Of a stretch of 64,000 nucleotides of DNA, positions 31,216 through 40,440 are shown one piece after another (the stretch's first letter is position 1; each line of letters opens with the position of its first letter). Below the pieces are notes generated by a model. The model ran no database searches. It was not told where the DNA came from and saw nothing but the letters and a program-made list of their open reading frames with translations. Source of the stretch: an uncultured Candidatus Rokubacteria bacterium (GTDB taxonomy: Bacteria > Methylomirabilota > Methylomirabilia > Rokubacteriales > CSP1-6); the NCBI GenBank assembly GCA_963789955.1, contig CAWBMV010000014.1:28693-92692 (forward strand), in the 5' to 3' direction. The translations under genes were made by a program, and so were the position numbers.

Positions 31216-32307
31216 ATGCGGGCCTCGGTCCTGTTCGAGCAAGGCAAGCCGCTCTCGATCGAGGAGCTCGAGCTGGAGCCACCGCGCACCGGCGAGGTGC
31301 GCGTGCGCATGGCGGCCAGCGGCGTTTGCCACTCCTGCCTGCACGCCGCCGACGGCTCGTGGAAGGGCGTGCCGGTGCCGATCGTGCTCGGCGACGAGGG
31401 GGCGGGCGTGGTGGAGGACGTCGGACCCGGCGTCGACGAGCTGCAGCCCGGCGACCACGTGATCCTGTCGTGGGCGCCGACGTGCGGACGCTGCCACTAC
31501 TGCGTGATCGGCCGACCGAACCTGTGCGAGCGCCGGCAGCCGGGCCGGGGCGTGCTGCCGGACGGCACCACGCGGATGTCGCTGCGCGGCCGCGCCGTCT
31601 ACCACTACGGCCACGTGGCGACGTACGCGTCGTCGACCGTCGTGCACGAGTCGTGCGCGATCAAGATCGACAAGAGCGTGCCGATCGACCGCGCGGCGCT
31701 CATCGGCTGCTCGGTGATGACGGGCGTCGGCGCCGTCATCAACACGGCGGCGGTGCCGCCGGGCGCCAGCATCGCCGTGTTCGGCGTGGGCGGCGTCGGG
31801 CTCAACGTGGTACAGGGCGGCGCGCTCGTCGCCGCGCACCCGCTGATCGCGGTCGACGTCAAGGCCGCCAAGCTCGAGCACGCGCGCGCGCTGGGCGCCA
31901 GCCACGGCGTGGACGCCTCGCGCGAGGACGCGGTCGCCGCCATTCGCCGCCTCACGCGTCTCGGCGCCGACTACACGTTCGTGGCGGTCGGCGACACGCG
32001 CGCGGTGAGCCAGGCCATCGACGCTCTGGCGCCCGGCGGCACCTGCGTGCTGATCGGCGTGCCAGAGACCGGCGCCATGGTCCCGATGGATGTGCGGCCG
32101 CTCGTGACCGCCGAGCGCGTGATCCGCGGCTGCAGCTACGGCAGCGCGCGAACCCGCGAGGATTTACCGAGGCTGGCCAATCTCTACCTGGCCGGCAAGC
32201 TGAAGCTCGATCAGCTCATCACGCGCCGCTACAGCCTGGACGAGGCCAACGAGGCCTTCCGCGCACTCGCCGCTGGTGAGCTGGCGCGTGGCCTGATCGT
32301 GTTCTGA
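31216..32307 (+). CDS. Zn-dependent alcohol dehydrogenase (MDR, class III-like) with atypical catalytic site
   Basis: CGRCHYC...C structural Zn site, GVGGVG, GCSVMTG. Has CHSC and GDEG instead of CHSD and GHEG. Confidence 0.9.
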   Translation: MRASVLFEQGKPLSIEELELEPPRTGEVRVRMAASGVCHSCLHAADGSWKGVPVPIVLGDEGAGVVEDVGPGVDELQPGDHVILSWAPTCGRCHYCVIGRPNLCERRQPGRGVLPDGTTRMSLRGRAVYHYGHVATYASSTVVHESCAIKIDKSVPIDRAALIGCSVMTGVGAVINTAAVPPGASIAVFGVGGVGLNVVQGGALVAAHPLIAVDVKAAKLEHARALGASHGVDASREDAVAAIRRLTRLGADYTFVAVGDTRAVSQAIDALAPGGTCVLIGVPETGAMVPMDVRPLVTAERVIRGCSYGSARTREDLPRLANLYLAGKLKLDQLITRRYSLDEANEAFRALAAGELARGLIVF

Positions 32308-32390
32308 CCATGGCCGGGGGGCTCGCTCACCCGCGGGAAAAGCCGTGCTTCGCGCAGCGACACCGGAGCGGTTGAACGCGATCTCTCCCG

Positions 32391-32748
32391 GTGACGCCGC
32401 GCCTGATGTGGTTCACTTTCGCGCATCTCTTTTCCGTGTCGCTGCTCCCGCTCTCGGCCGCCTGGATGGCCATGAGCGAATTGGCTCCCCAGCCGGTCTC
32501 CTTCTACGCGACGATCTTCTTCCTGGCGAACGGGGACGCACATATTTCTGATCGGGAGCTCATTGACCGCCACCCGGTCCATGACGTGCCGCCGAAGGTA
32601 CGCAGGATCATGCGCGTCCGATCGACCATGACCCTGTGTCTGATCGGAGCGGCCGCGGTCGTGGCGCTAAAGTTCCTCTCGTTGGATTGAGAGCGTGTGT
32701 GTGCTGCTTGGCTGTTTATCTGAAGCCGGAGGCTCCGCACGCGTCCTA
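32391..32748 (+). pseudogene. C-terminal remnant of a TMEM175 family membrane protein
   Basis: TPRLMWFTFAHLFSVSLLP...ELAPQPVSFYA...RRIMRVRS...VYLKPEA; N-terminus absent; frameshifted. Confidence 0.6.
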
Positions 32749-33486
32749 ACCGATGACGATACCCGCCGTCTCGCGGCGCAACATCGCGATCAGGCTCGCC
32801 GCGACGGTGTGGATATCCTCCGCGCGTACGACGCGCGGCCTGGCCATCAGCTCGAAGACGCCGGCCCGCGAGCGCACCGTGAAGCCCATCGTGCGCCCGG
32901 CGCTTCCACGCGGGGGACGCATGACGCGGACGTGAGTGGCGTCGAGTCCCGGGCCGGCCAGGGCCGCCGCGATCACGACGTTGACACCCTCGGGGAAGCG
33001 CAGCCCGACCTCCCGCGCGGTTCCCTCGAATAGTAGCTCGGGCTCGGACGCCTCCCCGGCGCCGAGATCGATGAAGACGTCCAGGCTCTCCAGGCCCCCG
33101 GCCATGGCGGTCGCGATGCCATCGAACGCGGCAAGCGCACCCGGCGCGATGCGCAGCGCGTGTCCAGTGGACGCCGAGATGCCGCGGATCTCGCGCTCGA
33201 GGACCGGATCGGCGAGAGGGATCGGACTCACCGCCCACACCTCGCAGCGCTCCAGCGCCGCCGGCACGAGGGCGCGGAAGGCCGCCGGACCGCCCGCCTC
33301 GATGATCAGATCGTGGCCGCCCGCGAGGAACTTGTCGGCGATATCGGTCACCGGGAAGCCATCGAGATCGCGTGGGGCACGAGCGAGCACCGCCGCCAGC
33401 GAATGCGATCCGGCCTTTCCGGCCAGCAGCGCGCGTGCCACGGGACGGCCGATCGCCCCGCACCCGATGAGGCCGACCCGCTTCAT
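32746..33486 (-). CDS. Aspartate dehydrogenase-like (DUF108/NadX-like) NAD(P)-binding protein
   Basis: VGLIGCGAIG, LIIEAGG, LFEGTAREVGLRFP..VNV. Confidence 0.75.
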   Translation of the reverse strand: MKRVGLIGCGAIGRPVARALLAGKAGSHSLAAVLARAPRDLDGFPVTDIADKFLAGGHDLIIEAGGPAAFRALVPAALERCEVWAVSPIPLADPVLEREIRGISASTGHALRIAPGALAAFDGIATAMAGGLESLDVFIDLGAGEASEPELLFEGTAREVGLRFPEGVNVVIAAALAGPGLDATHVRVMRPPRGSAGRTMGFTVRSRAGVFELMARPRVVRAEDIHTVAASLIAMLRRETAGIVIG

Positions 33487-33495
33487 CTGTCTAGC

Positions 33496-34871
33496 CTATC
33501 GACTCCCCGGACCGCGCCGCGGATCGGAAGCGGCATCGATGTAGCGCGTCGACGATGGTCCGACGCCGGTTATCTGCACGATCACAGATTCATCGCGGGT
33601 TTCCGCGAAGTGCGTGCGATTGGACGGTTCGGTGTAGAAGCTTCCGGGCGGCAGCGCCTTCAGCTCGACGCTGTCAAACGAGTCGCCGTAGCCGATGTAC
33701 CAGGTCCCCGAGACAACCGTCGCCACCCGATCGTCCTGATGGTCATGGGCGGCAATGCGCGTGTGCGCCGGAATCTCGCAGCATGATCGTGTAGAGACCG
33801 GCGCGGTCCGGGTCTCCTTTCAGCACAACGGTTCGGATGCCGGAGATGCCCGAGGTGCCCGTGCCGGCCCCCGCACCGTCGGGAAACTTGAATTCGCTCG
33901 GCGTGACGCGCCGCTCGTCGGCCGAAGGGACGGGCTGCGCGGCCGCCGGAGTGCGATCCTTCAGGAAGTCCTGGATCAGGGCAACGGTGAACGCGGGGCT
34001 CTCCTCCATCAACCAATGCCCGGCGCCGGGGACCACGGCTTCGCGCACATTCGTCGCGACGTTGCGCATGACGACAGCCTCGGTCGCGCCAAACGACTTC
34101 TCGCCCGCCGACGGCAAGTACGGGCATGCGTCAACTTGGTTCGCTGGAAGATCTTGTTGTCCTCGACATCCTGCGAGAAGGCGGTGAACTGCGCGAATCC
34201 GGCTCGCATCGCCCCGGGCAGCGCGTACTGCGCCGCGTAGTATTTCCGCGTCGCCTCGTCGGGCTTGCGTCGGATCGCCGGAGAAGGCGTTCCAGATGCG
34301 GTCAAGATAGATTCGCTCGCGTCCTTGCACCAGGCGCTCGGCATCGGGACCGTTGAAGGAGAAATGCCACAGCGCCGGATTTCGCACGATGTCATCCCAC
34401 GGCGCGATGCCCGGGATCGGCGCGTCCATGACGACGAGCCGTTCGACCTTGTCCGGGTAGCGCGCCGCATACGCGTAGGCGACCATGATGCCGATGTCGT
34501 GCGAAACCACGGACGTCCGATCGTACCCGAGCGCCGTGACGACGGCTCTGATGTCCGCGGCCTGCGTTTTCTTGTCGTAACCTCCCGCCGGCTGAGACGA
34601 GCGTCCCATCCCCCGCAGGTCCGGCACCACGACGGTGTAGCTCTTGGCGAGTTCAGCCGCAAGCGGGCGCCCAGGAATCGCTGGTTTCGGCATAACCATG
34701 GAGAAGGACGACCACGGGGCCGGAACCACCGGAGCGGACGAAAATGTTCGCGCCATCCGGGCTGGCGACTGTCTGCGACTTGAACGTCGAGGGCAGCGAA
34801 GGTTGCGCGACGGCGGCGCTCGCGAATACGACGATGCCGAGCGTGGCCATGACGAGATTCCGTCTGATCAT
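33496..34871 (-). CDS. Exported alpha/beta hydrolase fused to a C-terminal cupin (several frameshifts)
   Basis: Signal peptide, LLHGY, DLRGMG, SHDIG nucleophile, GHWLMEE, then VLKGDPDRAGLYTI...HDHQDDR...PPGSFYTEP. Confidence 0.75.
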
Positions 34872-35186
34872 GAGGTCTCCGTGTATGCACCTGCGATGGG
34901 CGCAAGGGCCCATGCGGGCAGCTATGAACCTAGTCTCCCCGTCATCGCCAACGCGCGACCAACCCCTCCGGTCGCGGCCGGGCTGAGACTACGCTACCAG
35001 GATCCTGATCCGTTGCGAGTCTGAAGCGCGTCGGGGTGCGTGGCCGCGATAACGCGTACCATGTCTTCTCGTTGTTCAGTGGTGTTTACGACTAAAGTCC
35101 GATTGCTCGCCGAGACGGATCCCTTCTACGATCCCGAGACACACCCCTTTCTACGTCGTGGTCGTGCTCTTGAAATAGGAGGCCGT

Positions 35187-35484
35187 ATGAAATCGAAGGT
35201 CGTGTCTTCAAGTCGGCATTTTGACTGTGGCGCTAACAGTGCCGGGCATCGTGATCACGCCCATGGTCGGATACGCGCAGACCGACTCGAAAGAGCGGCG
35301 GGACGACCGGCAGGGTGATCGGAAGGACTCGCGGGACACCAAGCAGGAAGGCCGCCAGGACGCCCGTACGAACAAAGCGGAATGCAAAAAAGGGGATGAG
35401 AAAACGCGGTCCGAGTGCCGGCAGGACAAACGCGACACCAAGCAAGACTCGCGCGGGACGGCCAGGGACATCAAGAAAGACTAG
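35187..35484 (+). CDS. Small secreted, highly charged repeat protein (frameshift near 35210)
   Basis: AGGAGG RBS, signal peptide ending GYA, R(D/Q)xKQ-like repeats, two Cys. Confidence 0.65.
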
Positions 35485-35502
35485 TCGCAAACCCTGTTCG
35501 CG

Positions 35503-36060
35503 TCAGGCCGGCTTCCAGAACCCTTGCGAGGGGATGCGGAACGCCCGGTTGAAGCGCGAGGATGCGTTCTCCCACGCGATGATCATCGTCAGCTCCGCGA
35601 TGGTATCGTCGTCGTAGTGCCGTTGCACGCGCGCGAACAGCTCGTCGTCGACGTCCCGGCGCGTTTCCGTGATCGCGTCGGCGTATTCGAGCGCCACCTT
35701 CTCCGCGTCGCTGAAGAGCGGGCTCTTCGCGTAGTCGTTGAGCGCCTTGATCTTCTCCGTCGAGACGCCAAGTCTGCTGCCCACGGCAGCATTGGAGTCC
35801 TGTCAGAACTCGCAGCCGTTCCACCAGGCGACGCGACGGTTGAGCAGCGCCCTGAGCGTGCCGGGCACCCGCGTCGTGTGTTGCTGGAGGGCAGTCCACA
35901 TCCCCTGCGCGGCGCGGAAATACGCCGGGTTGCGCGCGTAGAAGAGGTACGGATGGAGCGGCGCGCCCCGGAGCTTGCGCTGCTCCTCGAGCACTTCGCG
36001 CAGGTCGTCCGGGAGCGTCTCGACGTCGACCGGCGGGATGCGTGTTTTCCCCTCTAGCAT
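35503..36060 (-). CDS. AhpD/carboxymuconolactone decarboxylase-like selenoprotein (CxxU, TGA 35803-35805)
   Basis: ORFs 35803..36060 and 35503..35784 are in frame: RRVAWWNG-C-E-F-U-QDSNAAVG...EKVALEYADAIT...WENASSRFN. Confidence 0.88.
35764..35799 (-). promoter_or_regulatory. SECIS hairpin of the AhpD-like gene
   Basis: UGCUGCC-GUG-GGCAGCA 11 nt after the UGA, plus lower stem GACUCCAA/UUGGCGUC. Confidence 0.75.
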
Positions 36061-36166
36061 GGTCCCCTCTCGTCAGGCACAGTGTGGCGTGACGCCGACA
36101 CGAAGCGTTCACGGGTCACGATGGCGGTGATCATATCGTCGAAACGGTCGGGCGCGCCGATCGACA

Positions 36167-36184
36167 CTTCGATGGTGATCGAAG
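36167..36184. promoter_or_regulatory. Palindromic operator CTTCGAT-N4-ATCGAAG
   Basis: Perfect inverted repeat directly after the ArsR-like gene and upstream of the AhpD-like gene. Confidence 0.6.
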
Positions 36185-36186
36185 CT

Positions 36187-36882
36187 TCAGCCGGTGGGCG
36201 CGTCGACGCCGAAGGTCTTCAAAAAGCCCCGCCGCCCCACCGGGGTGACGATCACCGCGTGGCTGCGGTTCACCCGTTCCATCCAGCCGAGATCGAAGTA
36301 GCGCTCGGCCAACGCGGCCCCGAGCGAACCCGCGAGGTGTGGGCGTCGCTCGGTCCAATCGAGACACAGTCGGCACGAGTGGCGGCGGGTCGCACGCCGC
36401 GAGGGAAGCTCGATCCCGAGCTCGGTGAGAAAATGGGTGCCGGCTCTCGTGATCTCGGCGACTTCGCCGTCGAGCACGACGTAGTCGCGGGCGACGAACG
36501 AATCGGTGAGATCAACGCTGAGGCGACCCGCAAGGTGGTCGTAGCACATCCGGGCCGCATTCAGTGCGCGTGCTTCGCGAGAGAGCGGGCGGTATCGCGG
36601 TCTCTTCTCGAGAGCGACGGCCACGATCGCGTCGATCATGTCGGTCACTGTCGCCGAGGCAAACCGGAAATAGCGATGCCGCCCCTGACGGGCCATCGAG
36701 AGTAAGCCCGCCGCCGTCAGCTTTGCGAGATGGGCGCTCGCAGTTTGCGGCGTGATTCGTGCCGCCACGGCGAGCTCGCCCGCGGTGAGGGCGCGGCCAT
36801 CGAGAAGCGCCCACACCATCGTCGCTCTCGCAGGGTCCGCGAGCAGCGCCGCGATCTCGGCGACGATAGGGCCCGTGATCAT
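36187..36882 (-). CDS. ArsR/SmtB winged-HTH regulator with C-terminal Cys domain
   Basis: IAALLADPARA, TPQTASAHLAKL, ARMCYDHLAG, CLDWTERRPHLAG. Confidence 0.88.
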   Translation of the reverse strand: MITGPIVAEIAALLADPARATMVWALLDGRALTAGELAVAARITPQTASAHLAKLTAAGLLSMARQGRHRYFRFASATVTDMIDAIVAVALEKRPRYRPLSREARALNAARMCYDHLAGRLSVDLTDSFVARDYVVLDGEVAEITRAGTHFLTELGIELPSRRATRRHSCRLCLDWTERRPHLAGSLGAALAERYFDLGWMERVNRSHAVIVTPVGRRGFLKTFGVDAPTG

Positions 36883-36918
36883 GTCCGTTATCTAGTGATC
36901 CGGCGCACTCCCATCCCT

Positions 36919-37455
36919 CTACTTCTTCGCGCAGCGAGCATCGGCCTGCTGGAGCGCGGCGATTGCCTGATCGTTGAACGGGATCGGCGCGCAGCCATGG
37001 CCCTTCTCGCATACGAAGTCGAACTTGGCCGCCGGCTGATGACAGCTCAGGCACGTCTTGCCTTGGGAGAGATTGACGACGCTGTCGCCGCGGTCGCGGA
37101 TCTTCGTGCCGGCCGCGGAGATCTCCAGCGCGAAGAATTCCCAGCCGTTGGTTTTCGGGAACTTCTCACGCGAATGCTTCACCATGGCTTCGAACGGAAC
37201 CAGCTGCAGGATGGTGCCGACGGGATACTCCGTGTTGGGGACGCTGTCCCGGAAGATGCGCGTCGCCTCCGCCAGCTGCGTGGGATCCGCGTGCTTGATG
37301 CGCGTGTTCCGGACCTGGGGCCAGTCGAGGATGCATCCAAAGGTCCGCTCGGACACGGAGACGTCAGCCGAGGACGCGACGGATACCATCACGAAGGCAA
37401 ACGCGACACCCACTCCGATGACGGCACCGAGGAACACGAGAAGGCTGGCTCTCAT
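36919..37455 (-). CDS. Exported c-type cytochrome, P460-like
   Basis: Signal peptide, YPVGT, MVKH...TNGWEFF, CLSCH..A..DFV. Confidence 0.7.
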   Translation of the reverse strand: MRASLLVFLGAVIGVGVAFAFVMVSVASSADVSVSERTFGCILDWPQVRNTRIKHADPTQLAEATRIFRDSVPNTEYPVGTILQLVPFEAMVKHSREKFPKTNGWEFFALEISAAGTKIRDRGDSVVNLSQGKTCLSCHQPAAKFDFVCEKGHGCAPIPFNDQAIAALQQADARCAKK

Positions 37456-38037
37456 TCACCGCCTCCCGTAGTCCGTGAAAACGTAGTCTCTCGTCTTGAC
37501 GATCGTGTGGCACGCGAGCCCGCACTTGGCATCGTTCCCCTGCGGCGGCGCGTCAGCCTGGGTGGCGGGCGTGAATGTATCGGACGCGGCGACATACTTG
37601 AACGCGCCCCACCCCCATCCGCCGCTGTCCGCAAACCTCTTACTGTCCTTCACCATGAAGTCGACGTCATGCAGACTTGCCGGCACCGTCGCGGTGGGCA
37701 GCGCCTCGAGCAGCTTCGGGTTCCAATGAACCTTCGCCATCTTGGAACCGTCAGGAAACGGCTTGCCGTTGCCGGGAATGCCAGACTTGTAGGCGTTGAT
37801 CATCACCGGATTGGCAAGGATCACCGCCATCACCTTTTCGTTGTGACTGACCGCGACCGTCTGCCAGCTTTCGTATCCTTTGAACTCAGAGAACGCGAGC
37901 CCATTCGGCACTCGCACGGTGTACTTGGCCTGGCCGGTGTCCTGCGCGGAAGTGGCCCGGCTGCCCAGGACGGCGAGCACCGAGACAGCGAGCGAGACCA
38001 CAACGATCGCAACCGCCGGGATCCTTTTGCGCCTCAT
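37456..38037 (-). CDS. Cytochrome P460 family protein
   Basis: Signal peptide, FPDGSKMAK, MVKDSKRFADSGGWGW, CGLACH, DYVFT. Confidence 0.88.
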   Translation of the reverse strand: MRRKRIPAVAIVVVSLAVSVLAVLGSRATSAQDTGQAKYTVRVPNGLAFSEFKGYESWQTVAVSHNEKVMAVILANPVMINAYKSGIPGNGKPFPDGSKMAKVHWNPKLLEALPTATVPASLHDVDFMVKDSKRFADSGGWGWGAFKYVAASDTFTPATQADAPPQGNDAKCGLACHTIVKTRDYVFTDYGRR

Positions 38038-38507
38038 CGCCGCTCCCCTCGTTGGTGGTGGTTGCCTGTGAGCTGCCGGAAGGATTGGGACGACGCTCAG
38101 ACCACGTTGATCCTAAAGTCGATGTATGGGGAGCTCGATAACGCTGCGTTTGGTTCCATGCGGGATCGGCACCGCCCCTATGATAAGCATTCCGTCCAGC
38201 GACTGCATGGTCGAGCGCGCGGCGGCATGGCACCCGAGACCGTCCGAGGAACCCCGCCCATGGACGGAGCGTTCTGGCTACCGTCCCGGTCGAACTTGAG
38301 CATGACTCTCGATTCTCGTGCGCCACTCCAATAGTGGAGGACGTTGCCGCCGTCCGAACGGACCAGTATCAGCCACCCCAGCGACACGGAGAAAGACCGG
38401 CGGCGAATCCTCGATGATCCATCGAGTGCGGGCCCCTATTGATCTCGGACTCCCCCGGTCCTGGGATACCGGGCTGGATGCCGGAGATTCTCTCGCTCGA
38501 TTCGCGC

Positions 38508-39065
38508 TCAGCCCGTTCTGGTGTGGGCGGTCGCCGTGAGCGCCGCCGTCAGCGACTCGGCGTCCCAAGGTCCATCGTGACGGACACCGTCGACGAACAT
38601 TGTCGGTGTACCGTTGACGCCGCTTCGCACGCCACTCATGAAGTCTTCGTGGACGCGTGACGCATATGTTTCCGCGCGCAGCTCGGATCGGAAGCGTTCG
38701 ACATCGAGGCGCAGCGACTCTGCGTATCGCGCCAGGCTGCGCTCGTCCAGGGCATCCTGATGCTCGTACAGCAGATCATGCATCGGCCAGAACTGGCCCT
38801 GCGCGCCCGCCGCTTCGGCCGCCATGGCGGCTTTCAGGGCGTGAGGATGCATCTCCGTCAGCGGGAAGTTGCGGAACACGAAGCGCAACCGACTCCCGAG
38901 ATGCCGCTGCACCGTCTTGATGATCGGATAGGCCTGCCCGCAGAAAGGACACTCGTAGTCGCCGTACTCGACGAGGGTCGCCTGCGCATCCGGTGGTCCC
39001 TCGATGTGATCGCGCTCGCCGACGGGAAGCACGAGCCGCGCGACTCGCGATTGACCGGTGGTCAT
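38508..39065 (-). CDS. DsbA family thioredoxin-fold protein
   Basis: EYGDYECPFC, FRNFPL, GVNGTPT. Confidence 0.92.
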   Translation of the reverse strand: MTTGQSRVARLVLPVGERDHIEGPPDAQATLVEYGDYECPFCGQAYPIIKTVQRHLGSRLRFVFRNFPLTEMHPHALKAAMAAEAAGAQGQFWPMHDLLYEHQDALDERSLARYAESLRLDVERFRSELRAETYASRVHEDFMSGVRSGVNGTPTMFVDGVRHDGPWDAESLTAALTATAHTRTG

Positions 39066-39077
39066 GGGCGGCTCCTT

Positions 39078-39590
39078 TCAGGCGACGCGCCGCTTCGACA
39101 GCGACTCCAGCGCCTCTAGAATGCCGTCGGCGCCGGGGTTCACCCCGACCGGCGACAGATAGTTCCAGTAGATGAGTCCCTGCTCGTCGATGACGAACAG
39201 TGCTCGCTCCGTGGTGCCCTCGATCGGCCGGTATGCACCGTAGGCTTGGGCCACTGCACCCTTCGGTTCGAAGTCGGACAACAACGGAAAGTGCAGCTTT
39301 CGATTGGCGGCGAAGGCCGCGTGGCACCACGCGCCGTCTACCGAAATCCCGATCAACGTCGCCTGGTGCCGGTGGAACTCGGGAAGAATCTCGTTATACA
39401 ACGCCATCTGATCGCCACACACCGGGCTCCAATCCGCGGGATAGAACGCCAGAACAACGGGCTTGCCGCAGAAATCCGATAGCGACACCTTTTGGTCCGG
39501 CGTCGCGTTCAGCGTGAAGTTCGGCGCCGGGGTCTTGGGTGTGAGCATGCCGCGTGACTGCTGTGCAAGCGGAGCGGAATCGGTCGCCAT
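39078..39590 (-). CDS. AhpC/TSA (AhpE-like) peroxiredoxin
   Basis: FYPADWSPVC, GISVD, LLSDFEPKG, ERALFVID. Start is 39590 or 39548. Confidence 0.9.
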   Translation of the reverse strand: MATDSAPLAQQSRGMLTPKTPAPNFTLNATPDQKVSLSDFCGKPVVLAFYPADWSPVCGDQMALYNEILPEFHRHQATLIGISVDGAWCHAAFAANRKLHFPLLSDFEPKGAVAQAYGAYRPIEGTTERALFVIDEQGLIYWNYLSPVGVNPGADGILEALESLSKRRVA

Positions 39591-39944
39591 GGTTCCAAGT
39601 ACCTCCAGTGGGACGAACGATACACCCAGGGCTGGCGCGCGAGAAACGAAGCGGTTGCGCCTGACACGTCGCCCGGCACGCCGATCATTCTCCAAGGTGG
39701 CGACCAACGGTGGTCGTGGCGGTCCGGTGCCTCGATGGGCACCCGGCCGCGACGTGACGCTCGACACGGGTTGGCGTATTCTCGGCCGCGACGGCGACGA
39801 GCCAGCATTCAGGCGGTCCACGGTGGTCGAGGCTGCGACGGGGCTCGGGCTACGAGCCGATGGTCGCGGCAATGCCCGTGCACTCGGCACCCTCGGCAGG
39901 GAGATTGCCGCCGAGATCCGGACACTGCCGGAAAGAAGTCGACG

Positions 39945-40433
39945 ATGAGCGCACAAGGCACGAAGGCACCCCGCGGAGCCGAGCCACGAGACGTCGTGGT
40001 CTACGGCAATGCGCGAGGATTCACGCAGGACATCGCGGTCGGTGGTCACGAGCTCGTCGCCGACGAGCCTATCGCGGAGGGCGGAACGGATACCGGCCTT
40101 GGGCCCTACGACCTCTTGCTCGCCGCGCTGGGGTCGTGCACATCGATGACCATCGGTCTCTACGCTCGGCGCAAGCAATGGCCCCTCGAGGCTGTCCGAG
40201 TACGCCTTCGGCACTCGAAGATACACGCGGCCGACTGCGAGGCCTGCGAGACCAAGGACGCCATGATCGACCGAATCGACTGTGACGTCGAGCTCATTGG
40301 ATCCCTGGATGAGAGTCAGCGAGCACGTCTGCTCGACATCGCCAACAAGTGCCCGGTTCACCGGACTCTGACGTCCGAGATCGCGATCCGAACTCAGCTG
40401 GCTCCTGAGGGTTCCGGGCCAATCCCGAATTGA
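39945..40433 (+). CDS. OsmC family protein (Cys form, YhfA-like)
   Basis: ADEP..GG.D.G.GPYDLLLAALGSCTSMT, KCPVHRTL. Confidence 0.9.
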   Translation: MSAQGTKAPRGAEPRDVVVYGNARGFTQDIAVGGHELVADEPIAEGGTDTGLGPYDLLLAALGSCTSMTIGLYARRKQWPLEAVRVRLRHSKIHAADCEACETKDAMIDRIDCDVELIGSLDESQRARLLDIANKCPVHRTLTSEIAIRTQLAPEGSGPIPN

Positions 40434-40440
40434 GTATTCG

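Noticed and set aside
37453..37458. In-frame TGA-ATG between the two cytochrome genes as a fourth Sec/read-through site
   Set aside because: The TGA falls at the normal P460 C-terminus (DYVFTDYGRR), not at a Cys position. The next gene has its own GGGAGG RBS and signal peptide.
38178..38500. Coding gene between P460 and DsbA
   Set aside because: Only short, inconsistent frames with no recognisable motif; at most a degenerate remnant.
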